Origin: an uncultured virus (IMG/VR IMGVR_UViG_3300014159_000004)
Taxonomy: Duplodnaviria > Heunggongvirae > Uroviricota > Caudoviricetes
DNA: 64,000 bases
Reading direction: 5' to 3' (one strand)
Virus record (IMG/VR): IMGVR_UViG_3300014159_000004
The position numbers were made by a program, and so were the translations under genes. Position 1 is the stretch's first letter. Every line of letters begins with the position of its first letter. The notes beneath the pieces were generated by a model. That model saw only the letters and a list, made by a program, of their open reading frames with translations. It did not search any database and was not told the DNA's origin. Shown here piece after piece: positions 23,538-32,534 of this stretch.

Positions 23538-24238
23538 CAGACCCAGCTCCTCTCGATCGTGTACTCAACCTTGACGACCTTGCCGCGCTTGACCTCCGGC
23601 GTGACCGCGAGGAGATCGACGTTGCCGTGGTCGTTCACGTGGAAGACGTTCGGGAAGAAGTTCTGGTCGTTCGCCTTCTGCAGGCCCGCGATGAGAGCAG
23701 CGTCGAAGTTGCTGAACGACCCGAGGCTCTTGCCCCCCAGGGACATCGAGTATTTCCCGCCGCGCGCGTCCTTGATGATGAGGGCGTCTTCCATCTCGCT
23801 CTCGAGGTCAAAGTCGTCCTCCTCTTCCTCCTCTTCTTCCTCCTCTTCCTCCTCTTCCTCTTCTTCTTCCTCCTCCGCGGTGTCGGCCTCGATCGCCGCC
23901 CACGCCTCGTCAGCCTTCGCCTCGTCCTCGTACCAGTCGGCCTCGACGATGCCGTCCGACCGCTCGAAGAAGATGACGGCGACGCTGTCATCGAGCAGCT
24001 CTCGCTCGTCCTCGGTGAGTTCGTCCTTGTTCTCGGCGGCGACCGCCGCGACGCGCTCGCGCGTCGGCGCGTCGAGCCGCACCAGGCCGTACCAGCCCTC
24101 CCCCTCGCCGTAGCTCGCCTCCTCGTCGACGCCGTCGCCGGCGACCTCGAAGGCGAAGCTGTCGATGAGCGTGTGGAACTTGCCCGGCCCGTAGGACCGG
24201 ATGCCGTCGTCGCCCGTCTCGCGCACGATCCTCGTCAT
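23537..24238 (-). CDS. acidic protein with poly-Glu linker
   Basis: long Glu run; NDHGNV motif; GGAGG RBS. Confidence 0.75.
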   Translation of the reverse strand: MTRIVRETGDDGIRSYGPGKFHTLIDSFAFEVAGDGVDEEASYGEGEGWYGLVRLDAPTRERVAAVAAENKDELTEDERELLDDSVAVIFFERSDGIVEADWYEDEAKADEAWAAIEADTAEEEEEEEEEEEEEEEEEEEDDFDLESEMEDALIIKDARGGKYSMSLGGKSLGSFSNFDAALIAGLQKANDQNFFPNVFHVNDHGNVDLLAVTPEVKRGKVVKVEYTIERSWV

Positions 24239-24250
24239 CGCATTCCTCCG

Positions 24251-24466
24251 TCAGAACCCGATCCTGCTCACGTCAGTCAGTTGCGCGTCTTCGATGGTGA
24301 AGTCGATTTCCTCATCGTCTTCGATGCTATCGACCGCGTCCACGATGGCGTCCTGGATGGTGCCCGCATCGAGTGCTGCCTCTACGGCATCGCGCGCGCG
24401 ACTCACGTCAGGTCCGCTCACGTCGAACTCCACCGTGATCCGTAGTTTCTTAGGACCTTTCGCCAT
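24251..24466 (-). CDS. small acidic hypothetical protein
   Basis: GGAGG RBS, coupled. Confidence 0.65.
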   Translation of the reverse strand: MAKGPKKLRITVEFDVSGPDVSRARDAVEAALDAGTIQDAIVDAVDSIEDDEEIDFTIEDAQLTDVSRIGF

Positions 24467-24864
24467 CACGCCTCCCACTCGATCAGCGGCTTGATCACCT
24501 TCTTGTCGCCGACCGGCACCTGCGACGTCGAGACCCCGACCGCCTTCAGGATCTCGCGCAGGGCGTCGTACTCTTGGAGAGCCGCGTCCTCGACGTAGTC
24601 CTCCCCCGAGTCGCTCTCGACGCCCCAGAGCCCGCCGCTCGTCAGCGTCTGGGTGACGCCCTCGACGACGACCTGGGCCTCGGCGCGCACGCCGACGAAC
24701 GAGAAGTCGCCGCGCTCGTACGCCTCGCGGCGGGCCCGGTCCTGATCCCGGTACAAGTACGACGGGTCCGGGTCCTCGTCGTGCATGACGCGCACGCGGA
24801 TCGACTGCAGCTCGGGCCTGTGCCGGCTCGGCGGGACATCGACGACTCGCTTGCGAGCGCCCAT
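24466..24864 (-). CDS. phage-type hypothetical protein (RG...FVGV.A...SGGLWGVESDS motif)
   Basis: first gene of the acidic operon; GAGG RBS. Confidence 0.7.
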   Translation of the reverse strand: MGARKRVVDVPPSRHRPELQSIRVRVMHDEDPDPSYLYRDQDRARREAYERGDFSFVGVRAEAQVVVEGVTQTLTSGGLWGVESDSGEDYVEDAALQEYDALREILKAVGVSTSQVPVGDKKVIKPLIEWEA

Positions 24865-24943
24865 CGCGAAAAACCTCTCTTGTGCGGCCATCCTCGCAGG
24901 GATCTCGACCGAGCGCAAGCGGGCCTGACCACCCCTTAGCGGG

Positions 24944-25168
24944 TCACGCCCCGACGCGGTCGATCGCGAGCTTGGTGACCAGCATCGCGCCCGAGCCCGC
25001 GAGTAGGGCGCCCCAAGTCGGGGCCCGCAGGGTGTACGCCAGGAGCCCCGCCGCCGCGCCGGTCATCACCGCGGCGAGGATGGGGGTGGCGGCGGGGCCC
25101 GGGGCGTCCCCCACTCGGCCGAGTGCGAACCCGGCCACCGACCTGCCCCCGCGCGAGACGTGCTCCAT
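24944..25168 (-). CDS. small 2-TM membrane protein carrying the shared N-terminal motif
   Basis: MEHVSRGGRSVAGFALGRVGDA followed by two hydrophobic helices. Confidence 0.7.
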   Translation of the reverse strand: MEHVSRGGRSVAGFALGRVGDAPGPAATPILAAVMTGAAAGLLAYTLRAPTWGALLAGSGAMLVTKLAIDRVGA

Positions 25169-25199
25169 GGCTCGAGACTACCACGACTCCGGCGGCGAC

Positions 25200-25814
25200 T
25201 CACTCGCGCGGCAGCGTGGCGCGGGCCACTTCGGCGGCGATCTGCCGGGCGACCGCCAGCCGGTGCTGCGTCTTGACGAGCGCCGCGTCGCACCGGCCGC
25301 TCTCGACGGCCGCGAGCTCGGTGCCCTCGGGATTGTCCGCGCACCACACGCTCCGGGCCAGCCGGAGCCACCGGCGCGTGGCGAGCGAGGGGTCGCACGC
25401 CTGGTAGCGGTCGGTGTGGGCGATGGAGAGCTGCAGGTACCCCCAGCTCCTGCCGCTGTCGCCGCGCGCGCACCGGTGGTTGCCCGTCTCCCACGCCCCG
25501 TGCACGGCGATGAGCGCCATGGTCAGCGCGCGGCTCTGGTAGAGCGGGTCCATCCCGTTGACGGCGCCCACGATGGCGACGGCGATCTCGCGCGCGTCGC
25601 CGATGCGATCGTAGTGGCCGGCAGGAGGCTCGCTGGCCTGCCGGGCCAGCTCCCTCGGAGTGAGTTCGCGCTCCGGGACCCGAGCCATCGCGGCGAGCAC
25701 CTCGTCCACGGTCACGAGGTCCGCCGCCGGCGGCGACGCGTGGGCGGGCGTCCGCCCGACGAGCGTCATGGTGACCAGTACAGCGGCTTGAACGAGCGAT
25801 TGTTTCAGGTTCAT
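25200..25814 (-). CDS. secreted lytic transglycosylase-like protein
   Basis: signal peptide; WETG...GDSGRSWGYLQ resembles SLT catalytic motifs. Confidence 0.6.
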   Translation of the reverse strand: MNLKQSLVQAAVLVTMTLVGRTPAHASPPAADLVTVDEVLAAMARVPERELTPRELARQASEPPAGHYDRIGDAREIAVAIVGAVNGMDPLYQSRALTMALIAVHGAWETGNHRCARGDSGRSWGYLQLSIAHTDRYQACDPSLATRRWLRLARSVWCADNPEGTELAAVESGRCDAALVKTQHRLAVARQIAAEVARATLPRE

Positions 25815-25871
25815 CCAAACCCCTCTACCGTTTGAGCCCGGTCTAGGGCAAGCTATCTCTTCAGTAAGGCC

Positions 25872-26156
25872 ATGCCGGACGTCCCGCTCGCCGACACGTG
25901 CGTCTGCGGGGTCCCGCACTGGCACAAGTTCATCGCTCCCTCCGAGAAGCTGGCCAAGGGCGGCTCGGGCTCGATGTCCGCCGCGACGCCGTTTCTCTGG
26001 TGCCGCAAGTGCGGGTGCCTTCGCTTCATGCTCGAGTCGCACTGGCAGGTGCCGCTCGACCGCGCGGGCGACGTCGCGCACTCGGTGCCGCTCAGCGAGG
26101 AGCCCGACGAGCCGCCGACGAGTCCGGGCACCCCGGGCGCGAAGGGGCGCCGCTAG
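25872..26156 (+). CDS. small Cys/His zinc-binding protein
   Basis: CVCG..H..H and CRKCGC..F motifs. Confidence 0.6.
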   Translation: MPDVPLADTCVCGVPHWHKFIAPSEKLAKGGSGSMSAATPFLWCRKCGCLRFMLESHWQVPLDRAGDVAHSVPLSEEPDEPPTSPGTPGAKGRR

Positions 26157-26866
26157 CCGACGGGCAGCGGGACGTACGTCGCCGGGTACCATAGGCGCGC
26201 GCGGTCGTCGCCGGCGGCCACGACCGCCGCCGCGTTCTGCAGCATCAGCACCTCGCCGAGGTCGCGCGCGACGATCCCCGGGTTGACCTTCTCCTCGTGC
26301 GCGCTGGCCTCGCGCACCAGGTCCGCGGCCGCCGAGAAGTCCGGCGGGTCCGCGGCGAATAGCGCCTTGAACGCCGCGCCGTAGCCGACGCCCGCGGCGG
26401 TTTTACCGATCTTGTCCCACACGTTCGCGAAGTAGCTGCCCCACGCCCAGGCCGAGGACAGCAACATCAGCTGCGCGTCGGCCGGCAGCGTCGGGGCGCC
26501 CGGGTACTGCGCGACCAGGTACCCCCAGTCCTCGGCGACCGTCTGGTCGATGAGCCCCGTGATGGCCGCCGCGGTCAGCCGGATCGTCGTGAGCTTGGCG
26601 CACGCGGTCGACTGCACGCCCGGCCACGCGGCCTTGACGAGCGCGTACGCGGCGTCGACTTCTGCCTTCGTGCACGGCGACCCATTCTCAGGGTGGTACC
26701 AGGCGAGGGCGTCGGCGGCGGCCGCGGAGAAGAGCGCGTTGCCGGTCGCGCAGGTCACGACACCTTTGATGTCCGTGTACATGTATGGCAAACGCTGGCC
26801 TTCGAATTTGGCGAAGAGCACCGGCAACTGGTCGACGACCTCCTGCTGCAAGCCGGTGACGATCAT
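26153..26866 (-). CDS. lysozyme-fold (GH24-like) muramidase, paralog of 51511..52392
   Basis: FEG...YMYTDIKGVVT..G catalytic E/D/T spacing; PADAQL....AWAWG. Confidence 0.7.
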   Translation of the reverse strand: MIVTGLQQEVVDQLPVLFAKFEGQRLPYMYTDIKGVVTCATGNALFSAAAADALAWYHPENGSPCTKAEVDAAYALVKAAWPGVQSTACAKLTTIRLTAAAITGLIDQTVAEDWGYLVAQYPGAPTLPADAQLMLLSSAWAWGSYFANVWDKIGKTAAGVGYGAAFKALFAADPPDFSAAADLVREASAHEEKVNPGIVARDLGEVLMLQNAAAVVAAGDDRARLWYPATYVPLPVG

Positions 26867-26924
26867 GGGTATCAAACTGTAGCACTTGCGCGGAACGCGC
26901 GATCGTGCGATCAGTCTTTGCCCC

Positions 26925-27110
26925 GTGGCGCGTCGCACAAAACCCGAGCCGCTGACCCTCACGGCCTTTCGGGCGCAGCCCGGCGAATACGTGCGTGAGG
27001 TGGCGCGTGCCGGCAAGCGCTACCTCCTGACCAAGGCCGGCAAGCCCGTGGCGCTGCTCGTGCCGGCGGGTGAACTCGAAGACGGTCGGCTGACGAGAGA
27101 GACCCCATGA
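26925..27110 (+). CDS. Phd/YefM-family antitoxin-like protein
   Basis: LTAFRAQPGEYVREV....YLLTKAGKPVALLVP. Confidence 0.8.
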   Translation: MARRTKPEPLTLTAFRAQPGEYVREVARAGKRYLLTKAGKPVALLVPAGELEDGRLTRETP

Positions 27111-27787
27111 CCCTGAAGATCTTCATCGGCTCGCCCTGCTACGACTCCATGGAGCCGGAGTTCGTCGGCTCGCTGCTCGCGTCGATGGACGCCCTGCACG
27201 ACCGCGGGCACGAGCTCTGCGATTGGGGGTACGTTCGGGGCACGCTCCCGCACTTCGCGCGCAACACGCTGGCGTTCGAGGCGCTGAGCGAGGGGGCCGA
27301 CGTCATGGTGCAGGTCGACACCGACCACCAGTGGAAGTCGGGCGACCTGGTCGCGGCGATCGAGTGCGTGGGCGCGGGCCGCGTGGACGTCGTCGGCTTC
27401 GCGCACGTCACGCGCAGCGACAGCACGCTCGGCGGCGACCCGTTCGTGTCGCCCAAGATGCTGCCGGAGAAGTCGCTGCGCGCGATTCGGCACGAGGGCG
27501 TCGTCTACGTCGAGGTCCGCGCGGTCGGCGCCGGCGTGCTCGTAGCGTCCCGGCGGTGCCTCGAGCGGCTCGCTGAAGGGGCGCCGAAGGACAAGCGCGG
27601 CCAGCCGAAGCTCTTCATGATGCCGGACGAGACCGGCGAGGACGTCTACTTCTGCCAGCAGTGGCAAAAGCTCGGCGGCAGGATCTACTGCCACCGGGAC
27701 GCGATCGTGGCGCACATCGGCAAGACGACGTTCGCGGCGAGCTTCCAGCTCGCCATCCGGGACATGCTGATCGAGATCGCGGAGTGA
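27107..27787 (+). CDS. GT2-like glycosyltransferase
   Basis: ARNTL, QVDTD, VGAGVLV.SR, GEDVYFC, HIG motifs. Confidence 0.8.
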   Translation: MTLKIFIGSPCYDSMEPEFVGSLLASMDALHDRGHELCDWGYVRGTLPHFARNTLAFEALSEGADVMVQVDTDHQWKSGDLVAAIECVGAGRVDVVGFAHVTRSDSTLGGDPFVSPKMLPEKSLRAIRHEGVVYVEVRAVGAGVLVASRRCLERLAEGAPKDKRGQPKLFMMPDETGEDVYFCQQWQKLGGRIYCHRDAIVAHIGKTTFAASFQLAIRDMLIEIAE

Positions 27788-28608
27788 AGTTCGGGGTCAT
27801 CGCGCTGGGTAGCGCCGCCGAGCGCAGCGCGCTCCAGGAGATCGCCGAGACCGTCCACTACGGCCTGCTGTCCTTGGGCCACGACTGCGTGCTGACGCGG
27901 CGGTGGCTATCCGATCGCCGCCTCGTCCTCTTAGGGACGACGTCGATCCCGCTGCTCGGCGTGACGCCGCCGCCGGGGACCATCCTCTACCACCTCGAGC
28001 ACGTCCACCCCGGCTCGCCGTTCGTCACGCCGAAGATGGTCGCCATCTTGCGGCAGTACCCGGTATGCGACTTCAGCCAGAGCAACGTCGAGCGGTTCGC
28101 CAAGCTGGGCGTCCGGGCGCGCTGGCTGCCGGTCGGCTACGTCCCGGAGCTGACGCGCATCGCGCCCGCGCCCGAAGAGGACGTCGACGTCCTCTTCTAC
28201 GGCACCATGACCGACCGGCGCCGGGTCGTGCTCGACGGGATCGCGGCGCGCGGGCTGCGCGTGCAGGTGTGCTCCGGGCTGTACGGTCCGGCGCGCGACG
28301 CGCTCATCGCCCGGTCGAAGGTGGTGGTCAACATCCACGGCATGGACCAGAACACCGTCTTCGAGTCGGTCCGCGTCTTCTACCCGCTCGCCAACAAGCG
28401 AGCCGTCGTGTCCGAGCGCGGAGACGGCCACGAAGGGTTCGCGGGCGCCGTCGCGTTCGCGGAGTACGGCGAGCTCGCAGATCGCTGCGCGGACCTCGTG
28501 GCCGACGAACGCGCGCGCGCGGCGCTCGCCCAGCGCGGGTTCGAGGTCGTGTCGGCCAGGAGCGAGGGCGAGCACCTGAGGGCGGCGCTTGGAGATCTCG
28601 GCGCCTGA
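27784..28608 (+). CDS. GT-B (GT4-like) glycosyltransferase
   Basis: DVLFYG...RR, SKVVVNIH, FESVRV..LAN...VVSE motifs. Confidence 0.8.
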   Translation: MKFGVIALGSAAERSALQEIAETVHYGLLSLGHDCVLTRRWLSDRRLVLLGTTSIPLLGVTPPPGTILYHLEHVHPGSPFVTPKMVAILRQYPVCDFSQSNVERFAKLGVRARWLPVGYVPELTRIAPAPEEDVDVLFYGTMTDRRRVVLDGIAARGLRVQVCSGLYGPARDALIARSKVVVNIHGMDQNTVFESVRVFYPLANKRAVVSERGDGHEGFAGAVAFAEYGELADRCADLVADERARAALAQRGFEVVSARSEGEHLRAALGDLGA

Positions 28609-28619
28609 CGCGGGCGCCG

Positions 28620-28841
28620 TCAGCTGCCGTGGCGGATCGGTCGCAGGAAGATCGCGTAGTCGCGCGGTCGCGACGGGTTGCTCCACCCGCTGTACTTGGG
28701 GTCCCAGGTGGTGCCGATGTTGTTGAAGTTGCGCTTCTCCCGGTACGCGCACAGGTCGATGAGCGCCCGGGGGTGGCCGGCGCCGTTGCCGTTCTGCACG
28801 CCGCCGCTCTTGCACTTCAACGTGGTCTTCTTGCGGATCAT
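28620..28841 (-). CDS. small basic hypothetical protein
   Basis: GAGGAG RBS; GC3 bias. Confidence 0.55.
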   Translation of the reverse strand: MIRKKTTLKCKSGGVQNGNGAGHPRALIDLCAYREKRNFNNIGTTWDPKYSGWSNPSRPRDYAIFLRPIRHGS

Positions 28842-28846
28842 GGTCT

Positions 28847-29122
28847 TCACTCCTCTGGGGGCCCCAGCAGCTTGGATAGTACCCCATCGGCCACCTGCGA
28901 CAAGAAGCTCGTGGCGCACCCGACGACCAGGGCACCCAGCGCGCGCCCACAGCCGACGGACACGAGCCCCGTCGCGCCCGCCAGCGCCCCCACCCAGAAC
29001 CCGCTGCACTGGCTGCAGTGAAGGAGCGGCGGGTAGAGCCGGCGCACGGGCCGCAAGAGCGTGCTGCTCGTGACGATCAGCGTCGCGCCGACGAGCGCGG
29101 AGACGAGCAGAAACGAGGTCAA
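28847..29122 (-). CDS. DUF1360-like membrane protein
   Basis: LLHCSQCSGFWVG motif within hydrophobic helices. Confidence 0.65.
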   Translation of the reverse strand: MTSFLLVSALVGATLIVTSSTLLRPVRRLYPPLLHCSQCSGFWVGALAGATGLVSVGCGRALGALVVGCATSFLSQVADGVLSKLLGPPEE

Positions 29123-29313
29123 CGCTTGCCTGTCAAGAGTTCGACGAGCCGTGCGGCAGCCTCTGGCTGCAATTTGATCGTGCCGGTCGAACCGACCTCT
29201 ACATCATCGTCGGAGAGTGTCGCGCTGCCGTCTTCGAAGACGCGGATGGTGGGGCAGCACTTTTTCCGACCACACGGAAGCATCTCTTCGTGAACTACAC
29301 GAATCTCGGACAT
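29119..29313 (-). CDS. small hypothetical protein (C...CCP motif)
   Basis: GGAGG RBS; coupled to the next gene. Confidence 0.6.
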   Translation of the reverse strand: MSEIRVVHEEMLPCGRKKCCPTIRVFEDGSATLSDDDVEVGSTGTIKLQPEAAARLVELLTGKR

Positions 29314-29393
29314 GGTAACCTCCAAAATGTTGAACAGCCCCGCACCGCGTCACCGGCCGGGGCCTGGCTCGACCTCAATGAACGAGGCGAACG

Positions 29394-30059
29394 ATGGAAG
29401 CGTATCACGCTTGTCTTACATGCGGAACCTCGCTCAAGGGAAAGCGGGGAACTCGCGGACCACGAAAGTTCTGCGACAAGAGCTGTGCGCAGAGCTATAG
29501 AAATCGACTTCGAGTTGTTCGTGTTGCGGTTTCGCCTCCGCCAGAGGCGGGCGTACGATTCATCCCGCTCACACAGGGCAAGTTTGCGAAGGTAGACGAG
29601 GCGGACTTCGTCGATTTGTCGCGCTGGAATTGGCGCCTTTTCGGTCGAAGATACGCTGCAACCCATCGTACGCCAGAAGAGCAGGCATCTACCGGATTGG
29701 GTGCCACAATCCTGATGCACCGCTATCTGATGGGAGAACCGTCGGAAGAGGTCGATCACGAGAACGGCGATGGCCTGGACAATCGCAGAAAAAACCTGCG
29801 TCGAGCAACTCATGCCCAGAACATGATGAACGCGTTGAGTCGACGCGGTTCGTCTCGATTCAAGGGTGTTTTTTGGAGCGTGAACCGCTGGCAAGCGGCA
29901 ATCCGAGACGATTACAGGAAGGTTTATCTCGGGCAATTTAAAATTGAGGAAGATGCCGCTCGGGCCTACGATGATGCAGCCCGTCGTATTCATGGCGCAT
30001 TCGCTCGACTCAACTTTCCGATAGAAGGGGAGCGATCTGCCTTGCATGACGATCGATAG
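29394..30059 (+). CDS. HNH homing endonuclease with AP2 domain and N-terminal Cys motif
   Basis: IPLTQGKFAKVD, MHR, VDHENGDGLDNRRKNLR, SSRFKGV, YLG.F..EEDAARAYD, FARLNF; lower GC. Confidence 0.92.
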   Translation: MEAYHACLTCGTSLKGKRGTRGPRKFCDKSCAQSYRNRLRVVRVAVSPPPEAGVRFIPLTQGKFAKVDEADFVDLSRWNWRLFGRRYAATHRTPEEQASTGLGATILMHRYLMGEPSEEVDHENGDGLDNRRKNLRRATHAQNMMNALSRRGSSRFKGVFWSVNRWQAAIRDDYRKVYLGQFKIEEDAARAYDDAARRIHGAFARLNFPIEGERSALHDDR

Positions 30060-30092
30060 CTACCACGCGGTCACGGCGCGCAGCAACGACTC

Positions 30093-30560
30093 GTGGACTA
30101 CCCGAGACATACCCGAGGTCCCCGTGGTATCACTCGACCCATGCTCGGAACCTCCCTCGAGTTCGCGCCCGGTACGACCGAAGACTGCCAGAAACTCATG
30201 GCGCAGCTCTTCAAGCCCGGCGAGCTGCTCGGCGCGTACCGCATGGCGCGCCAGCGCTTCGGCGTCAGCGACCTCGTGCTCGTCACCGCGCAGCAGGACG
30301 GGTCCGGGTTCGAGGCGATGGTGCGCTCGCACTACGTCAGCCGGCTGCGGCAGGGACTCGGCCGCAACGGCGCCAAGATGCTCGCGGCGCTCGGCGTCGC
30401 GCACAAGTCCGCCCACCAGGTCGTGAGCCTGCCCAAGGAGTCGGACGCCTTCTGGCTCGTCATCAACCGCCGGGACGCGCTTCCGGTGATGGTAGTGCTG
30501 TTCGCGACTCAGTATGCGACCGACGCCGACGCGAGCGAGCCGACGATCCTGAGGAACTGA
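30093..30560 (+). CDS. hypothetical protein
   Basis: GC3 bias; start may be ATG at 30141. Confidence 0.65.
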   Translation: MDYPRHTRGPRGITRPMLGTSLEFAPGTTEDCQKLMAQLFKPGELLGAYRMARQRFGVSDLVLVTAQQDGSGFEAMVRSHYVSRLRQGLGRNGAKMLAALGVAHKSAHQVVSLPKESDAFWLVINRRDALPVMVVLFATQYATDADASEPTILRN

Positions 30561-30561
30561 A

Positions 30562-30864
30562 CTACTTGACGATCGCGGCTACGATGCCGCCCGCGACCGC
30601 GGTCGCGACGAGCGGCTTCCAGCTCCGCGCGAGCCGCTCGCCGGCGACGCCGAGACTGAGGCCGGTCCCCTCGCCGAAGAGGGCCGTCGCCGCGACGGCC
30701 GCCAGACCGCTGGCGAGCGTGCCGCCGAGGAAGGCGCCCATCTTGCCGGTCGGCGCGGAGAGGGCGCCGCCGTGGTCCGCGGCGGGCTTGACGTAGGTGC
30801 TCTGCGGGAACGGCGCGCTGACGCCGAACGTGACCGGCCGGCCACCGAGACGGATGCTCTCCAT
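30562..30864 (-). CDS. small membrane protein with the shared N-terminal motif
   Basis: MESIRLGGRPVTFGVSA; two hydrophobic segments. Confidence 0.7.
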   Translation of the reverse strand: MESIRLGGRPVTFGVSAPFPQSTYVKPAADHGGALSAPTGKMGAFLGGTLASGLAAVAATALFGEGTGLSLGVAGERLARSWKPLVATAVAGGIVAAIVK

Positions 30865-30897
30865 GCCGGAGAGCGTACGCCAGTTCGGGCGGGTCGT

Positions 30898-31476
30898 CTA
30901 CGCGCTGCGGCTGCGCGCGAGGACCACCAGCCCGACGCCCGCGACGACGGCGGCGCCGCCCGCGGCGAGCAGCGGGGCCCTGTTCTCCGCGAGCCAGCCG
31001 AAGAAGCCGCCGGACGGCGGCGCGTCGGGCGCCGACGGCGTCGCGGGGGCGCGGGTCGCCGCTGAGCGGCCCGACGAGGTCGACGGTTTCACCTTCGCGG
31101 CGGCGAGGCGCTGCGCCACTTGGTACTGGTTGACCATGTCCAGGGCGATGGCCTTCGCCGCGTCGACGTCGGCCTGCGTCGCTGAGGGGCCGCTGTTGAC
31201 GTTCGCGAGCTTGCCGTTGTCCACCCACGCGAGGTGGGTCGCGCCCATGACCGTCGAGTCGTTGCCCGATAGCGCGTCGATGGCGGGACCGACGGAGCCG
31301 ACGGCGGCCGTCCCTGCAGTGAGCAGCGCCGCGACCGCACCGCCCGGGTTGGTGATGGTGCCGCTAGTGTACTGCGTGACCGCGGCCTGCAGCGCCGCGA
31401 TCCCTGGGCCGATGGCGTCGGGCGCGCCCACGCCGAAGCCGGTGACCCGGAAACCGCCGCGTTGGAGACTCTCCAT
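30898..31476 (-). CDS. C-terminally anchored membrane protein with the shared N-terminal motif
   Basis: MESLQRGGFRVTGFGVGA; C-terminal TM with basic tail. Confidence 0.75.
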   Translation of the reverse strand: MESLQRGGFRVTGFGVGAPDAIGPGIAALQAAVTQYTSGTITNPGGAVAALLTAGTAAVGSVGPAIDALSGNDSTVMGATHLAWVDNGKLANVNSGPSATQADVDAAKAIALDMVNQYQVAQRLAAAKVKPSTSSGRSAATRAPATPSAPDAPPSGGFFGWLAENRAPLLAAGGAAVVAGVGLVVLARSRSA

Positions 31477-31502
31477 GCCGGTTAGCGTACGCCGCTCCGG
31501 TC

Positions 31503-32135
31503 TCAGCGTCTATGCGGTACCGCCGCCGAGAGCAGTCGGGCGTAGGGAGAGAGCACGCCGAGGACGATGACGCCGCCGACGACGCTGCCGCCGACGATGA
31601 GCGCCGTCTTGTGGTCCTTGAACCACCGGCTCAAGTCGTCGAAGGGGTTGTGGATGTTCGACGGGTCGGTGTCCGCATAAGCCTTCTCGCCGAAGGTTTG
31701 TGGCACCAGGTGCGAGGGGACGTCCTCGGGTGGTTTCGCGTCGGCGGCCCGCGTCGCCGTATCGAGGCGGTCGAAGAGGTTTTTCCAGTCTCCCTTGACC
31801 GTGGGCGCGCTGCTCGGGGGGTAACCTTGCTGTACGGCCTTCTGTAAACTTTCCCACGACGTACTGTTCAGTGTGAACGTGCCCACGTTCGCGAGTGCCG
31901 CCTGGTAGCGCGCCTGCAGAGCCTTCCAATCGCTGGTCCAGTCCGCGAACGCCTTAGGATCCAAAGACGACCACTTCGACGCGAACGCGTTGTACGCCGC
32001 ACCGAGCTTCTGCATCCGCGCGGCCCACTGCACCTTCGACGTCGCGAGGTCGTCGTCGCTCACATACAGGCCGGTCTCGGAAAAACCGACACCGAACCCA
32101 GCAACCGTCACGCCGCCGCGCCGGACGGTCTCCAT
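31503..32135 (-). CDS. C-terminally anchored membrane protein with the shared N-terminal motif
   Basis: METVRRGGVTVAGFGVG; GAGGAGG RBS; C-terminal TM. Confidence 0.75.
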   Translation of the reverse strand: METVRRGGVTVAGFGVGFSETGLYVSDDDLATSKVQWAARMQKLGAAYNAFASKWSSLDPKAFADWTSDWKALQARYQAALANVGTFTLNSTSWESLQKAVQQGYPPSSAPTVKGDWKNLFDRLDTATRAADAKPPEDVPSHLVPQTFGEKAYADTDPSNIHNPFDDLSRWFKDHKTALIVGGSVVGGVIVLGVLSPYARLLSAAVPHRR

Positions 32136-32530
32136 CAGCGCCTCCTCTTCTTGAGGAACGTCCGGTGCGCGACCTCGTCGAGGATCCAGCCCGTGATCGC
32201 TCCGGCCACGCTCATGATGACCGCCTCTTTCCACGGCGAGCGGTACTCCGGCTCCTTCGGGGCCTCCGCGCCGAGGCCGGCGTTCGTTCGCCTCCGCAAC
32301 AGTTCCGCCATCTCGCGCGCGGTGCGCTGCGTGGGCGCGATCCCGCCTCCCGGCTCGGTGCAGCCGCCGCCCTCGACGAACTCGTCGCCGCGCCCCGCGG
32401 CGACGAGCCGCTCCATCGCGGCGAGTTTCGCGCCCGGCTCGCGCCAGTTCGGCGACCAGAGGGCGCCCACGCCGAAGCCGGCGACCGAATGGCCGTTGCG
32501 CTGGACGTGCTCTTGCTGCACGCCGGTCAT
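32135..32530 (-). CDS. membrane protein with the shared N-terminal motif
   Basis: EHVQRNGHSVAGFGVGA; C-terminal TM then KKRRR; true start possibly GTG at 32521. Confidence 0.7.
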   Translation of the reverse strand: MTGVQQEHVQRNGHSVAGFGVGALWSPNWREPGAKLAAMERLVAAGRGDEFVEGGGCTEPGGGIAPTQRTAREMAELLRRRTNAGLGAEAPKEPEYRSPWKEAVIMSVAGAITGWILDEVAHRTFLKKRRR

Positions 32531-32534
32531 CGTA

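Noticed and set aside
23820..23876. Pyrimidine-rich microsatellite / poly-Ser ORF on the + strand
   Set aside because: Explained by the poly-Glu linker of the minus-strand gene 23537..24238.
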